Positions 37,560 through 46,022 of a DNA stretch of 64,000 bases are shown here, one piece after another. The DNA lies in the NCBI GenBank assembly GCA_963533665.1, contig CAUSPY010000003.1, positions 6,925 through 70,924 of the forward strand. Direction: 5' to 3'. The DNA comes from an uncultured Candidatus Saccharibacteria bacterium (GTDB lineage Bacteria; Patescibacteriota; Saccharimonadia; Saccharimonadales; Saccharimonadaceae). The position numbers and the translations under genes were made by a program. The notes below the pieces were generated by a model that had not been told where the DNA came from, made no database searches, and worked only from the letters and a program-made list of their open reading frames with translations. Position 1 is the first letter of the stretch. Every line of letters begins with the position of its first letter.

Positions 37560-38288
37560 TTATTTATCTCCCTTTTTTACTGCCTTGTCTTCCTTTTTTA
37601 CTGCGCCAGCGCCCTCGGCTACTGCTTTGGCAAAGTAGCTTAATAGCAATTGGATACTCTTAATTGCATCATCATTGCCTGGAATAACATAATTGATACC
37701 GGTTGGATTGACATTAGTATCAACCACGGCAAACACTGGTATACCCAGAGCCTCTGCCTCGCGCACTGCGTTCGCATCAGTCAGCGCGTCAACCACGACC
37801 ACTGCGCCCGGCTTGCCCATCAAATTCTTAATGCCGCCGTATTTGAAATTCAGGTTATCAATTTCCTCCTGAAAACGCTGCACTTCCAGCTTGTTGTAGC
37901 GCTTTTCCAGGTCACCTGATGCCATACGCTTCTCAAGGTTCTTCAGCTTCTTGATTTGCTGAGCAATCGTCGCGCCGTTGGTCAGCATACCGCCAATCCA
38001 GCGCTCAACCACGTACGGCTGGTTGATACTCTCGGCCGCCTGGCGCACCACGTCCTTAGCTTGCTTTTTCGTACCGACGAATAATATCTTTTTACCGCTA
38101 GCGGCAATCTTCGTCAACTCCGGCAGCGCCTTGTCCAGCGCCTCAGCCGTCTTTGCCAAGTCAATAATATGACTATCTTGGCGTTTTGAATGAATATATG
38201 GCGCCATCTTCGGGTGCCAGCGGCTAGTTTTGTGCCCAAAATGGACACCAGCTTCAAATAAAGCTTTCATGTCTACTGCTACAGACAT
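37560..38288 (-). CDS. rpsB: 30S ribosomal protein S2
   Basis: 'LFEAGVHFGHKTSRWHPKM' and 'ILFVGTKKQA' are canonical S2 sequences. Confidence 0.96.
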   Translation of the reverse strand: MSVAVDMKALFEAGVHFGHKTSRWHPKMAPYIHSKRQDSHIIDLAKTAEALDKALPELTKIAASGKKILFVGTKKQAKDVVRQAAESINQPYVVERWIGGMLTNGATIAQQIKKLKNLEKRMASGDLEKRYNKLEVQRFQEEIDNLNFKYGGIKNLMGKPGAVVVVDALTDANAVREAEALGIPVFAVVDTNVNPTGINYVIPGNDDAIKSIQLLLSYFAKAVAEGAGAVKKEDKAVKKGDK

Positions 38289-38309
38289 TAGGTTACTCCT
38301 TTTCCTCGC

Positions 38310-38333
38310 CCGCCGCTTTTGGAGCTGCGGCGG
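38310..38333 (-). promoter_or_regulatory. GC-rich hairpin in the rpsB 5' leader, just upstream of the SD
   Basis: ccgccgc (38310-38316) pairs with gcggcgg (38327-38333) around a 10-nt loop. A TGTTACAAT box lies at 38364-38372 on the minus strand. Confidence 0.3.
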
Positions 38334-38453
38334 ACTGTGTCGTTAATAATTAGTTACCTAGTCATTGTAACACACTGGGGGAGTAGAATCCAAAAACTTG
38401 CCCTAACTCACCACATCGCGTACAAATACAGCTGTTAGCTATATAGCCACAGA

Positions 38454-39062
38454 TTACTCTTCACGAGACGCCATGAATTTCTCTAGCTCTTGACTAAGAT
38501 TTAATGCCCTTTCCTCAAAAGGATGAAGTTCTACGACAACTATATCATCACCGCTTGTCTGGGCAATTTCAAAATAGTTAATTTTGTCGCCAGTCACAAA
38601 AACTCCCTTTATACAATTCACACCCCACTCCAAATCCCTTGCAGTCGAACTTGGCGCTGATTCACCAGGTAGATTTGCCGACAGCTTAAATAGCATGACA
38701 GAGCCAGTTTTCTTCCCTCTTGGCTCGCCAGATGTATGCGCACCAAAAGCCGTAACTGAGGTATTTAATTCTACTGGCATGTCGTAATAAGAACAAAGGA
38801 CACATTCATGAGGTCTAAATAACTTTGCTTTTACACTATCACCGCCGCAAATCTCCGAAAGACCTACCCCAAAGGTATTAACAAGTCCTTTACTAAGACT
38901 TGTTAACGCACGACCCATATTAACTTCCTCAGTGTTATCGGGTTGTTTCAATATTTCAGTAATTGTCTGCGCCTCTTCTTTCTCCCCAGGTCGTCGAACC
39001 TCTTTCGCCATTAGTTCCCACAAGTTATATCCACTCAAAATAGAAGGCTGCTCACTATTCAT
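38454..39062 (-). CDS. Hypothetical protein, paralogue 1 of an unrecognised family
   Basis: A 202-aa ORF that shares several colinear blocks with ORF 39336..40001, such as 'VKAKLFRPHECV' versus 'VRAKLFNPRQCF'. Confidence 0.55.
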   Translation of the reverse strand: MNSEQPSILSGYNLWELMAKEVRRPGEKEEAQTITEILKQPDNTEEVNMGRALTSLSKGLVNTFGVGLSEICGGDSVKAKLFRPHECVLCSYYDMPVELNTSVTAFGAHTSGEPRGKKTGSVMLFKLSANLPGESAPSSTARDLEWGVNCIKGVFVTGDKINYFEIAQTSGDDIVVVELHPFEERALNLSQELEKFMASREE

Positions 39063-39335
39063 ATTTTATAACTCCACGCTTTTATATTAATCCTGAATAT
39101 GCACAATTATAAATTTTTATATTTATCTTTTCAATAGTAGACAAAGCAGCAATTAACTGTATCTCTACTGAACCCTCTCTGTCTGAATATTACCAATGAA
39201 TGTTAGATTTTCGCACATTGCCCTCAAACCGCCGAGCCGCTTTTTTAGGCTTATCTCATCGCCACCCCTAATTCTTTGCAGCGCCTTATGAAGCATACGT
39301 GCTATCAAAGACATCCACTAATAAACAACCATCTC

Positions 39336-40001
39336 CTACGCCGCAACCGCATCCTCGCGCGATTTGAGAAATTTATCAAGTTCATCTTGCAAACTTACTG
39401 CTTCTTTGCTTGACGGGTCAAATTCAATAATGACCGGATCCATGTAGCCCTCCTTTTTCGGAGCAAGCTGAAAATATGTAATAGCATCATCTTTCACGAC
39501 TGCGCCGTAGACGTCATTCTTATCCCGATCAGAGCCTACCGCCGTTGAAGGCGTAAAAGTCTCGCCAGCCGAATCTTCCGACATATTAAACAATATTACT
39601 AAACCTTCCCATTTTCTGGTAGTCCCACTTCGATGAACGCCGCGTTCATAAGCATCAAAAGCCGCGATAGGAACGGTCGTTTCTATTGGCGCAATCTGAG
39701 AGTTGCCGTCAAAACATTGGCGCGGATTAAATAACTTTGCCCGAACAATATTGGTATAAGATGTAATTTTTAACGTCAAATGAAATTGAAAATTTAGCGC
39801 AACATGAAGACCGTCCATCCGGCTATTACTGCGTACATAAAGATCTTCAACGCTGTCAGGCGATTCTAATACCGCATTAAGTTTTTCAATTCTTTCCTGA
39901 CCTTCCGTTTCACCATGTTCGACTGATTTTTCTGAGTTATCCGCACCGAATGTATCAGATTCATAACGTCCAATAAACGACGACCGAATACCTTTTTCCA
40001 T
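39336..40001 (-). CDS. Hypothetical protein, paralogue 2 of an unrecognised family
   Basis: A 221-aa ORF that shares colinear blocks with ORF 38454..39062, such as 'LQDELDKFLKSRE' versus 'LSQELEKFMASRE'. Confidence 0.55.
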   Translation of the reverse strand: MEKGIRSSFIGRYESDTFGADNSEKSVEHGETEGQERIEKLNAVLESPDSVEDLYVRSNSRMDGLHVALNFQFHLTLKITSYTNIVRAKLFNPRQCFDGNSQIAPIETTVPIAAFDAYERGVHRSGTTRKWEGLVILFNMSEDSAGETFTPSTAVGSDRDKNDVYGAVVKDDAITYFQLAPKKEGYMDPVIIEFDPSSKEAVSLQDELDKFLKSREDAVAA

Positions 40002-40108
40002 AAAAAAATAATAGACTCCCAGTTTTTTCCTTGCTATTAATCTGGACTATACGCTTTTCACTCTGTTTCGTCAAGCATTTTGACATATTGCATGGATTTT
40101 GCAACAAT

Positions 40109-40137
40109 TTGCAATCCGCCTGCTTTCCTGCTAAAAT
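40109..40137 (+). promoter_or_regulatory. Sigma-70-like promoter of rpmE2
   Basis: TTGCAA (40109-40114), a 17-nt spacer, then TAAAAT (40132-40137) preceded by TGc. The ATG lies 9 nt downstream. Confidence 0.5.
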
Positions 40138-40146
40138 ACTAGGGTT

Positions 40147-40524
40147 ATGAAAAGCAGTATTCACCCACAGAACTATCGCCCGGTCGTATTTAGCGACGAT
40201 CAAGCGGGCTTCGCGTTCTTGACTCAGTCAACAGCGCAGACAGACGATACCATCGTTTGGGAAGATGGCAAGACTTATCCACTTGTCAAGGTGCACATCT
40301 CCAGCGCCTCGCACCCATTCTTCACCGGCGAAGAAAAGATCATCGACACCGAAGGTCGCGTTGACCGGTTCAAAGCACGCCAGGAGGCAGCCGCTAAACG
40401 CCGCGCCGAGTTGGCTAATAAGGCGAAAAAGCGAAACGCAGCCGCCGCAGCCAAGGCTCAGCAAACCGCCGCTAGCGGAGACGACGCCAAATCAGCGAAA
40501 CCGTCTAAAAAGGCTAAGAAATAG
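40147..40524 (+). CDS. rpmE2: 50S ribosomal protein L31, type B (no Cys zinc motif), with an Ala/Lys-rich C-terminal extension
   Basis: '[29 protein letters not shown]...[20 protein letters not shown]' lacks CxxC. About 45 extra residues follow ('[27 protein letters not shown]...KKAKK'). Confidence 0.85.
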   Translation: MKSSIHPQNYRPVVFSDDQAGFAFLTQSTAQTDDTIVWEDGKTYPLVKVHISSASHPFFTGEEKIIDTEGRVDRFKARQEAAAKRRAELANKAKKRNAAAAAKAQQTAASGDDAKSAKPSKKAKK

Positions 40525-40560
40525 GGCGATAAAAAAACTAGACTCCATCAACCACACAAC

Positions 40561-40592
40561 ATAACACCGCTGCTATCTGTCAGCGGTGTTAT
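40561..40592. terminator. Perfect 12-bp stem-loop between convergent rpmE2 and ORF 40644..41465
   Basis: The sequence reads ataacaccgctg-ctatctgt-cagcggtgttat and is followed by gttt. Confidence 0.6.
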
Positions 40593-40643
40593 GTTTGCAG
40601 AATATTTTAGAGTAGTTGAATCTGGCTCTATAGCTTGACCGAA

Positions 40644-41465
40644 TTAATTATCACTCATAGCTTTCTGACATACATAAGCACCAGTATTGCACACAGCAAC
40701 CCTCCTTCGAGCAGCAGCCTCCTGACCATTTCTCTGACCAATCCATCTTTTCTGCTCTTCTGTCCAGCCATAAACATCAACACTTTTGCCAGCTCTTTCA
40801 AAAACAAGCTGTATCATTTCACCTACAATAGGCTCTAAACCCAACTGCTGTAAACTATGTGAATAGTGGTCCATAAAAATTTTCTGAATAGTATCATTTT
40901 GCTCAGCAGAAAGATATTGACCATTATGGCATGTTTTAACGGCTTCTCGCAAGCAGGCTTGGTTAGTCTCATCAATCTCTACGCCCAATTCTTGCAAATG
41001 GCATATCGTACGATTGATATACTTTTCTGCTTGCTGCGGTTTCCTCGCTTCATGTTGTGTTGATACTCCAACTAGCGGTCTATCAAGAGCGCCCTCTAGC
41101 AACATGAGCCCTGAAATACGACCTGAGTCTATATAGTCTGGAATCCTTAATTCATCCATAAAACCTCCATGAACACCTCTCAATAGTCCAGAGTATACAA
41201 CTGCAAGACTAATACTGTCATTGAGCGTATAAGTATAAAATGAATTAGCTTCTCTATTAGCTAACCAAGCTCTTGCAGGTGAAGTAGAAAAACATACACA
41301 ATAATCCTGATCCTCAGAAGGTATCAAACCCTCTCCAAGCATAGACTCAATCCCAGCAAAATCATACCCGCGAACAGCATGCCACAAAACTTTAGGATCA
41401 TTTATTATCTCTTGCGATGGCTTTTGTTGTAATAACTCGCGTTCGTTAGATAGTTTTTCTGTCAT
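40644..41465 (-). CDS. Hypothetical protein (orphan)
   Basis: Long ORF with no motif, signal peptide or TM recognised. ATG 41465 (MTEKLS) lies 7 nt after TGTTATAAT. Confidence 0.5.
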   Translation of the reverse strand: MTEKLSNERELLQQKPSQEIINDPKVLWHAVRGYDFAGIESMLGEGLIPSEDQDYCVCFSTSPARAWLANREANSFYTYTLNDSISLAVVYSGLLRGVHGGFMDELRIPDYIDSGRISGLMLLEGALDRPLVGVSTQHEARKPQQAEKYINRTICHLQELGVEIDETNQACLREAVKTCHNGQYLSAEQNDTIQKIFMDHYSHSLQQLGLEPIVGEMIQLVFERAGKSVDVYGWTEEQKRWIGQRNGQEAAARRRVAVCNTGAYVCQKAMSDN

Positions 41466-41622
41466 ATTTTTAATTATAACACAAATGTTTATAATATGCA
41501 AATTTACCGTACTAGTCCACCACCAATCCGCCCCGCCTTTGCAGTCAAAAATCAGGTTTCACACGTTACATAAAACATAACAAAGACCCGCTATTACCTA
41601 TTACCGTAGAAGCTTATCAATA

Positions 41623-41631
41623 TGCTATAAT
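41623..41631 (+). promoter_or_regulatory. Extended -10 box (TGCTATAAT) 9 nt upstream of the prfA ATG
   Basis: The sequence reads tgctataat-tttattact-ATG(41641), with no SD. Confidence 0.45.
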
Positions 41632-41640
41632 TTTATTACT

Positions 41641-42711
41641 ATGGCAAAGATTTCCCTCGATTTGGATGCTTTGAAAGCCGAGCGCGCTAGCCTGGGCGAT
41701 TTTTTAGCGCGTCCCGACGCGTATGGCTCGCCGGATTTCACGAGTAAAAATAAGCGGTTTTCAGAGCTGGAGACGCTTATTGCCAAGGGCGAAGAGCGGG
41801 CGGCATTGGAGCAAAATCTACGTGACGCCAAAGAATTAGCGAATGAGGGCGGCGAATTGGCAGAATTGGCAAAAGCTGAAATCACTGAAACTGAAGCGCG
41901 TCTGGCGGAGCTGGAAGAAGAATTATTTGTCTTACTGACACCTAAAGACCCGAATGATGAGAAAAATATCATCATAGAAATCCGTGCTGGTGCTGGCGGC
42001 GACGAAGCATCATTGTTTGCGGCGGAACTATACCGGATGTATCTACGCTGGTGCGAAGCCAATGGCTACAAAACTGAGCTTATCAGCGAATCCGCTAACG
42101 ATTCCGGCGGTTATAAAGAAGTTATTTTCATGGTCAAGGGCGACGCGCCATACGCCAAATTGAAATTTGAAGGCGGCGTCCACCGCGTCCAGCGCGTGCC
42201 AGTCACTGAAAGCCAAGGCCGCGTCCACACCTCGACCGTCACCGTAGCGGTGTTACCAGAGGCCGAGGAAGCTGACGTTGAAATTAATCCAAGCGACCTA
42301 CGCGTTGACATCTACCGCTCCAGCGGTAATGGCGGCCAAAGCGTCAACACCACTGACTCAGCGGTGCGCATCACTCACCTGCCGACTGGTATCGTCGTCA
42401 CCAACCAGGACGAGAAGTCACAGATTAAGAACCGCGAAAAAGCCATGAGTGTGCTGCGTTCGCGCTTGCTGCAGATGAAAATTGATGAGGAAAATGCCAA
42501 GTTAAGCGCTGAACGACGCTCATTAGTCGGTACTGGCGACCGCTCCGAAAAAATCCGCACCTATAACTTCCCGCAAGACCGCATCACCGACCACCGCATT
42601 CACTACAGCCGCAGCAATATCCCCGCAGCAATGAACGGGGATATTGACGATTTGATTGAGCAATTACAGCGGTATGAGCGGGAGTTGAAAGCGAAGAACG
42701 CCAGAAATTAA
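41641..42711 (+). CDS. prfA: Peptide chain release factor 1
   Basis: The PxT-type tripeptide 'PVT' ('[14 protein letters not shown]') and the GGQ motif ('[24 protein letters not shown]'). Confidence 0.96.
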   Translation: MAKISLDLDALKAERASLGDFLARPDAYGSPDFTSKNKRFSELETLIAKGEERAALEQNLRDAKELANEGGELAELAKAEITETEARLAELEEELFVLLTPKDPNDEKNIIIEIRAGAGGDEASLFAAELYRMYLRWCEANGYKTELISESANDSGGYKEVIFMVKGDAPYAKLKFEGGVHRVQRVPVTESQGRVHTSTVTVAVLPEAEEADVEINPSDLRVDIYRSSGNGGQSVNTTDSAVRITHLPTGIVVTNQDEKSQIKNREKAMSVLRSRLLQMKIDEENAKLSAERRSLVGTGDRSEKIRTYNFPQDRITDHRIHYSRSNIPAAMNGDIDDLIEQLQRYERELKAKNARN

Positions 42712-42742
42712 TCATTAGGAGTTTTACTCCATACTATACCGA

Positions 42743-43156
42743 TTAATCTTCCAGTGATTCTAGATATCGCGCATGATCAGCTTCTAGCCCTCTAAGCCTT
42801 CTCCAAAAACTACTCAATTCTAGAACACCCTTATCGTCTATGTAACTTAGAACAAGCGCTGCACCGCCAGCTTCAATACGGCCCTTAACCTGCTCTAAGT
42901 AATTTAAATAAACAGGATTAACCTCATTCTCACGATTATCGTCCGATGTACGGCTACGTCCTCTATACATTAAATAACGAGCCTGATTGGCATCTGTTAT
43001 TATCCGATATTGCGTATTAGTCTCAGCAGCCGCTTGAATAGCAGCAGGAACGTCTTCTTGATGAAGTCTTGGTATGACTACTGCTCTATTATTAGAAACT
43101 GCAGCCTTCATAGAATTCATACTGTCAAGATCCACCTGTCTAATTATTTCCCTCAT
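42743..43156 (-). CDS. Hypothetical protein with a single copy of the island repeat domain
   Basis: ATG 43156 has the SD aaggaagggaagtgag. It contains 'YRIITDANQARYLM', 'EAGGAALVLSY' and 'SSFWRRLRGLE', which also occur in the two upstream genes. Confidence 0.55.
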   Translation of the reverse strand: MREIIRQVDLDSMNSMKAAVSNNRAVVIPRLHQEDVPAAIQAAAETNTQYRIITDANQARYLMYRGRSRTSDDNRENEVNPVYLNYLEQVKGRIEAGGAALVLSYIDDKGVLELSSFWRRLRGLEADHARYLESLED

Positions 43157-43187
43157 ATATCTCACTTCCCTTCCTTAAGCTACTTTG

Positions 43188-44108
43188 CTAATATCTCATT
43201 TCATTAGAATTTCCAGAATCAAATGTTTCTTTAAGTCTTCTATATTTTGTATAAAACTCCTCATCCAGCTGTCTTTCTCCGTCTCTATGCTCTATGACAA
43301 TTACTGCGCCGCCGTTTTGCATTAGACCCTCCACAAACGGTGCTACCTCTTCAAGCAGTTCAGAATCATCGGGCTTATATGACTCAATATGTCCTACATC
43401 TAGTCCCATTACCCCTGTTCTGCGTTGGTTTTCTGCAACCAGTAACTCGCAAGCCTTATTATAATCAGTTATCCTATGACAACCTAGACCAGCTTCGCAA
43501 GCGGCTAGTATGTTTATGGCTGCAAGACTACTATCTTTTGCGGGCCGCGCCGTTGCTCCTTCACCACGGACCATATCTACAAGAGAAGTCGGCGTCTCCC
43601 GCTCCCCTTCAGTCATAGACATACAGCCATCCCCTAAGGATTCTCTAGTAATTGGAAGTTCATCGTCTTCAGGATTCTCAGACAACTCAGAGTCAACGGA
43701 ATTAGAATTTGGCTGTTCACACCGGTCTTCTAACGTTTTCCAAAAGTTGTTTAGATTAGGCTGCTCATTGCCACAAGCTAAGGCAGCCACCGCGAAGCCA
43801 CGTTCAAGAAAACCTCTAGAAGTATTATCTATATATGACAGCTGCGAGTTAAGTTTCCAGCCAGGTTGCCATCCCTGACCCCATAAGCGCCACTCGTTTG
43901 CACTCAACAACTCGCAAGCTTCCTTATCATCTGATGTTATCACACGACATGACGTACCAGTGTCGGTGGCAGCCCGCCTAACAAGGTCTATGTCATCCTC
44001 TTTAAACCACCATGTTATTGCTCTATCGGCTAATAAACTAATAACCCAGTCATCAACACTTTCTGGGTTTCCTGGGCGTTCGCAACCCTCGCGTCCCGTT
44101 CTCTCCAT
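43188..44108 (-). CDS. Hypothetical protein with two copies of the island repeat domain separated by an acidic linker
   Basis: The SD is aaggaagtgagag. Copy 1 has 'CRVITSDDKEACELL...FAVAALACG...NNFWKTLEDR'. Copy 2 has 'CHRITDYNKACELLV...NGGAVIVIEH...EEFYTKYRRLKE'. Confidence 0.55.
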   Translation of the reverse strand: MERTGREGCERPGNPESVDDWVISLLADRAITWWFKEDDIDLVRRAATDTGTSCRVITSDDKEACELLSANEWRLWGQGWQPGWKLNSQLSYIDNTSRGFLERGFAVAALACGNEQPNLNNFWKTLEDRCEQPNSNSVDSELSENPEDDELPITRESLGDGCMSMTEGERETPTSLVDMVRGEGATARPAKDSSLAAINILAACEAGLGCHRITDYNKACELLVAENQRRTGVMGLDVGHIESYKPDDSELLEEVAPFVEGLMQNGGAVIVIEHRDGERQLDEEFYTKYRRLKETFDSGNSNEMRY

Positions 44109-44315
44109 CTAAACTCTCACTTCCTTGCCCACTATAATTTTTATTAGTGCTTCATATATTACTCTCTCTCTGAATTTGTCAAACAGTTTTACAATTTTTA
44201 TCTTATTTTGCAAGAAATGAACTTCCCGTCCCGCCACAATTTGACGCCAAGCGCAGCGGGATTATATAAAACAAACAAATATTACCATTAGCCATACTCT
44301 GGCAATTAATGCCAG

Positions 44316-45413
44316 TTAATAATACCCCTTTTCAATATCATGATATCGTTTACCGAACTCTTCCAATCCAATACTATGTATAGAGTCAGGCACTACAGCC
44401 ATCACCGCACCGCCATTCCTGATGGCTGTATCCGCACGAGTCATAAACCTATCGACCTTCTTATCAATCACCTCTACTATAGATCTACTTCTTACAGGCA
44501 CTGCGCTTCTGGCTGATTTTGCGTATCCGCAGCAAGTTCTTTCAGCTTCTTTTTTAGCAAGCATTTCAACTTTCTCCGGATCTGTTGTCGTATAACACGA
44601 TAAGCCAAGTTGTCTGGCGGCTTCCTGCATCGCCCATACCTTATGGTCGTCTCCCCCTGTCTGAACCAATGTCCAAGGGTGAGATAAAAACGGCGCTATC
44701 TCATTCTCGGACTCAGCGCTTATGCGCCTAACAAATGCGTAGGGCAGCCACTCGCCTTTTTTTTCAGCTTCGCGAGCGCGCTCTTCGCATGGATTATGAT
44801 AGTATCCTTTCAAATGAATTCCTAATAACGCCGCAGCTAAAACGTTATTTGAAACCAAAACAGAAATTGTAACCTCCTTTAGCTCCTCAGAATTAAAATA
44901 CATACCGCATACATAAGCAAGAGCGCCCAGAGTATTGAGTGTAGCATCCTGAATACGCAAATCTTTTCTATTTATTGAAGCCCCTAGCATATACAGCAAA
45001 TCCGCCCTCTGTAAATCAATCTTTCCATCTATCGCATCCTTGACATGGCATAGTTCATGCCGCAAAGTAGCGTCAGAATCAATACAATAACCAGTCTTTA
45101 CGACAACATCAAGTCCTTGGCTATCAGTTTTATTGATTGCCGCATGACCCAGTTCTCTACTTCTCAAATACGAAGAACCTTCAGCGCCAGTAACAACTAT
45201 CGATAAATCGCCCCAGCGATCTCTGGGGATACCAGCATACTTAAGATACTCTTTTAAGCTTTTTTCAGCAACATCAATAGTCTCGCCAGGCGCCAATTCA
45301 GCGCCTAATTTACGATCAAACTGAACCCTCGGAAAGTCTCCCCATTCTCCCCGCATAAACTCATTGCAGGCTGGGTTATCCGTTATGTGCAAACCTTCTG
45401 TGTAACTGCTCAT
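44316..45413 (-). CDS. Hypothetical HExxH (zinc-metallopeptidase-like) protein with a C-terminal island repeat domain
   Basis: 'TLRHELCHVKD' has its His codons at 45057-45059 and 45045-45047. The C-terminus has 'CYTTTDPEKVEMLA...NGGAVMAVVP...EEFGKRYHDIEKG'. Confidence 0.55.
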   Translation of the reverse strand: MSSYTEGLHITDNPACNEFMRGEWGDFPRVQFDRKLGAELAPGETIDVAEKSLKEYLKYAGIPRDRWGDLSIVVTGAEGSSYLRSRELGHAAINKTDSQGLDVVVKTGYCIDSDATLRHELCHVKDAIDGKIDLQRADLLYMLGASINRKDLRIQDATLNTLGALAYVCGMYFNSEELKEVTISVLVSNNVLAAALLGIHLKGYYHNPCEERAREAEKKGEWLPYAFVRRISAESENEIAPFLSHPWTLVQTGGDDHKVWAMQEAARQLGLSCYTTTDPEKVEMLAKKEAERTCCGYAKSARSAVPVRSRSIVEVIDKKVDRFMTRADTAIRNGGAVMAVVPDSIHSIGLEEFGKRYHDIEKGYY

Positions 45414-45419
45414 AAAGCA

Positions 45420-46022
45420 TTAAATCGCGCCAATCGCTTCCGCGCCCTCCAGCAGCTGCGCCAATTTATCAATTTCACCCGGACCGACTGGCTGGTCGTT
45501 TACCCCTAATCGTCTTTCTAGCTGCTTATTTTCCATAATATTATCTAATCTAGACACAACATCATCCATATTGGCGTTAAGTATACCAGGATCATTACCG
45601 CGTAATATATCGGATATTTCAGCTACACGCGTTGACAATGGTTTAGCATTCTCTATCACATCCGTGTTTAGATCATAACGCAGCACTTCATCCCGGTTTT
45701 CCATATGATATCGATATCTACTATTATCACCCAAACCGATATACTTAAGCATGTCTCCTTTATCATCTGAGTATGACCCAACTACAATAGACAGATCTTC
45801 ACTGTCCCCTAACGGCACTCTCAATTCAAGCGACGCCTGCTTTCCATTGCAGCCATCTGAATAAGCAAGCTTACGCACACTTACACTATCAGCAAACCGA
45901 AGTAGTAAATCGTCCACTAGCGCCGACATCTTATATGCCGCCTCCATTTTCTCGGCATCTGTTAAACTCTTTTGATTTTCAAACGGTTTGATGAAATCAA
46001 GGTTGCCTGACAGCTCTTTCAT
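45420..46022 (-). CDS. Hypothetical protein, first gene of the island
   Basis: A 200-aa ORF with no motif recognised. It ends 6 nt before the start of the HExxH gene. Confidence 0.5.
   Translation of the reverse strand: MKELSGNLDFIKPFENQKSLTDAEKMEAAYKMSALVDDLLLRFADSVSVRKLAYSDGCNGKQASLELRVPLGDSEDLSIVVGSYSDDKGDMLKYIGLGDNSRYRYHMENRDEVLRYDLNTDVIENAKPLSTRVAEISDILRGNDPGILNANMDDVVSRLDNIMENKQLERRLGVNDQPVGPGEIDKLAQLLEGAEAIGAI

Noticed and set aside
40095-40125. The inverted repeat TGCAA-N4-TTGCA upstream of rpmE2, considered as a Zur box because type B L31 genes are often zinc-regulated.
   Set aside because: The arms are only 5 bp and do not resemble the Zur consensus sequences I know. One arm is more simply the -35 hexamer TTGCAA of a well-spaced promoter.
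41625-42062. A 145-aa minus-strand ORF antisense to prfA.
   Set aside because: It lies entirely inside a strongly supported RF1 gene. The product is Ser/Ala-rich low complexity, typical of a shadow frame, and it has no SD or promoter.
44164-44179. A 16-nt exact repeat ctctctctgaatttgt is also present at 60929-60944. Both copies lie in promoter-like contexts (TTGACA or TTTACA, then aattcagagagag) upstream of accessory regions. A looser copy lies near 39173-39194.
   Set aside because: By a rough estimate, about one exact 16-mer match is expected by chance in 64 kb on two strands, and the CT/AG low complexity inflates that. I noted it but it is not strong enough to call a shared regulatory element without genome-wide counts.
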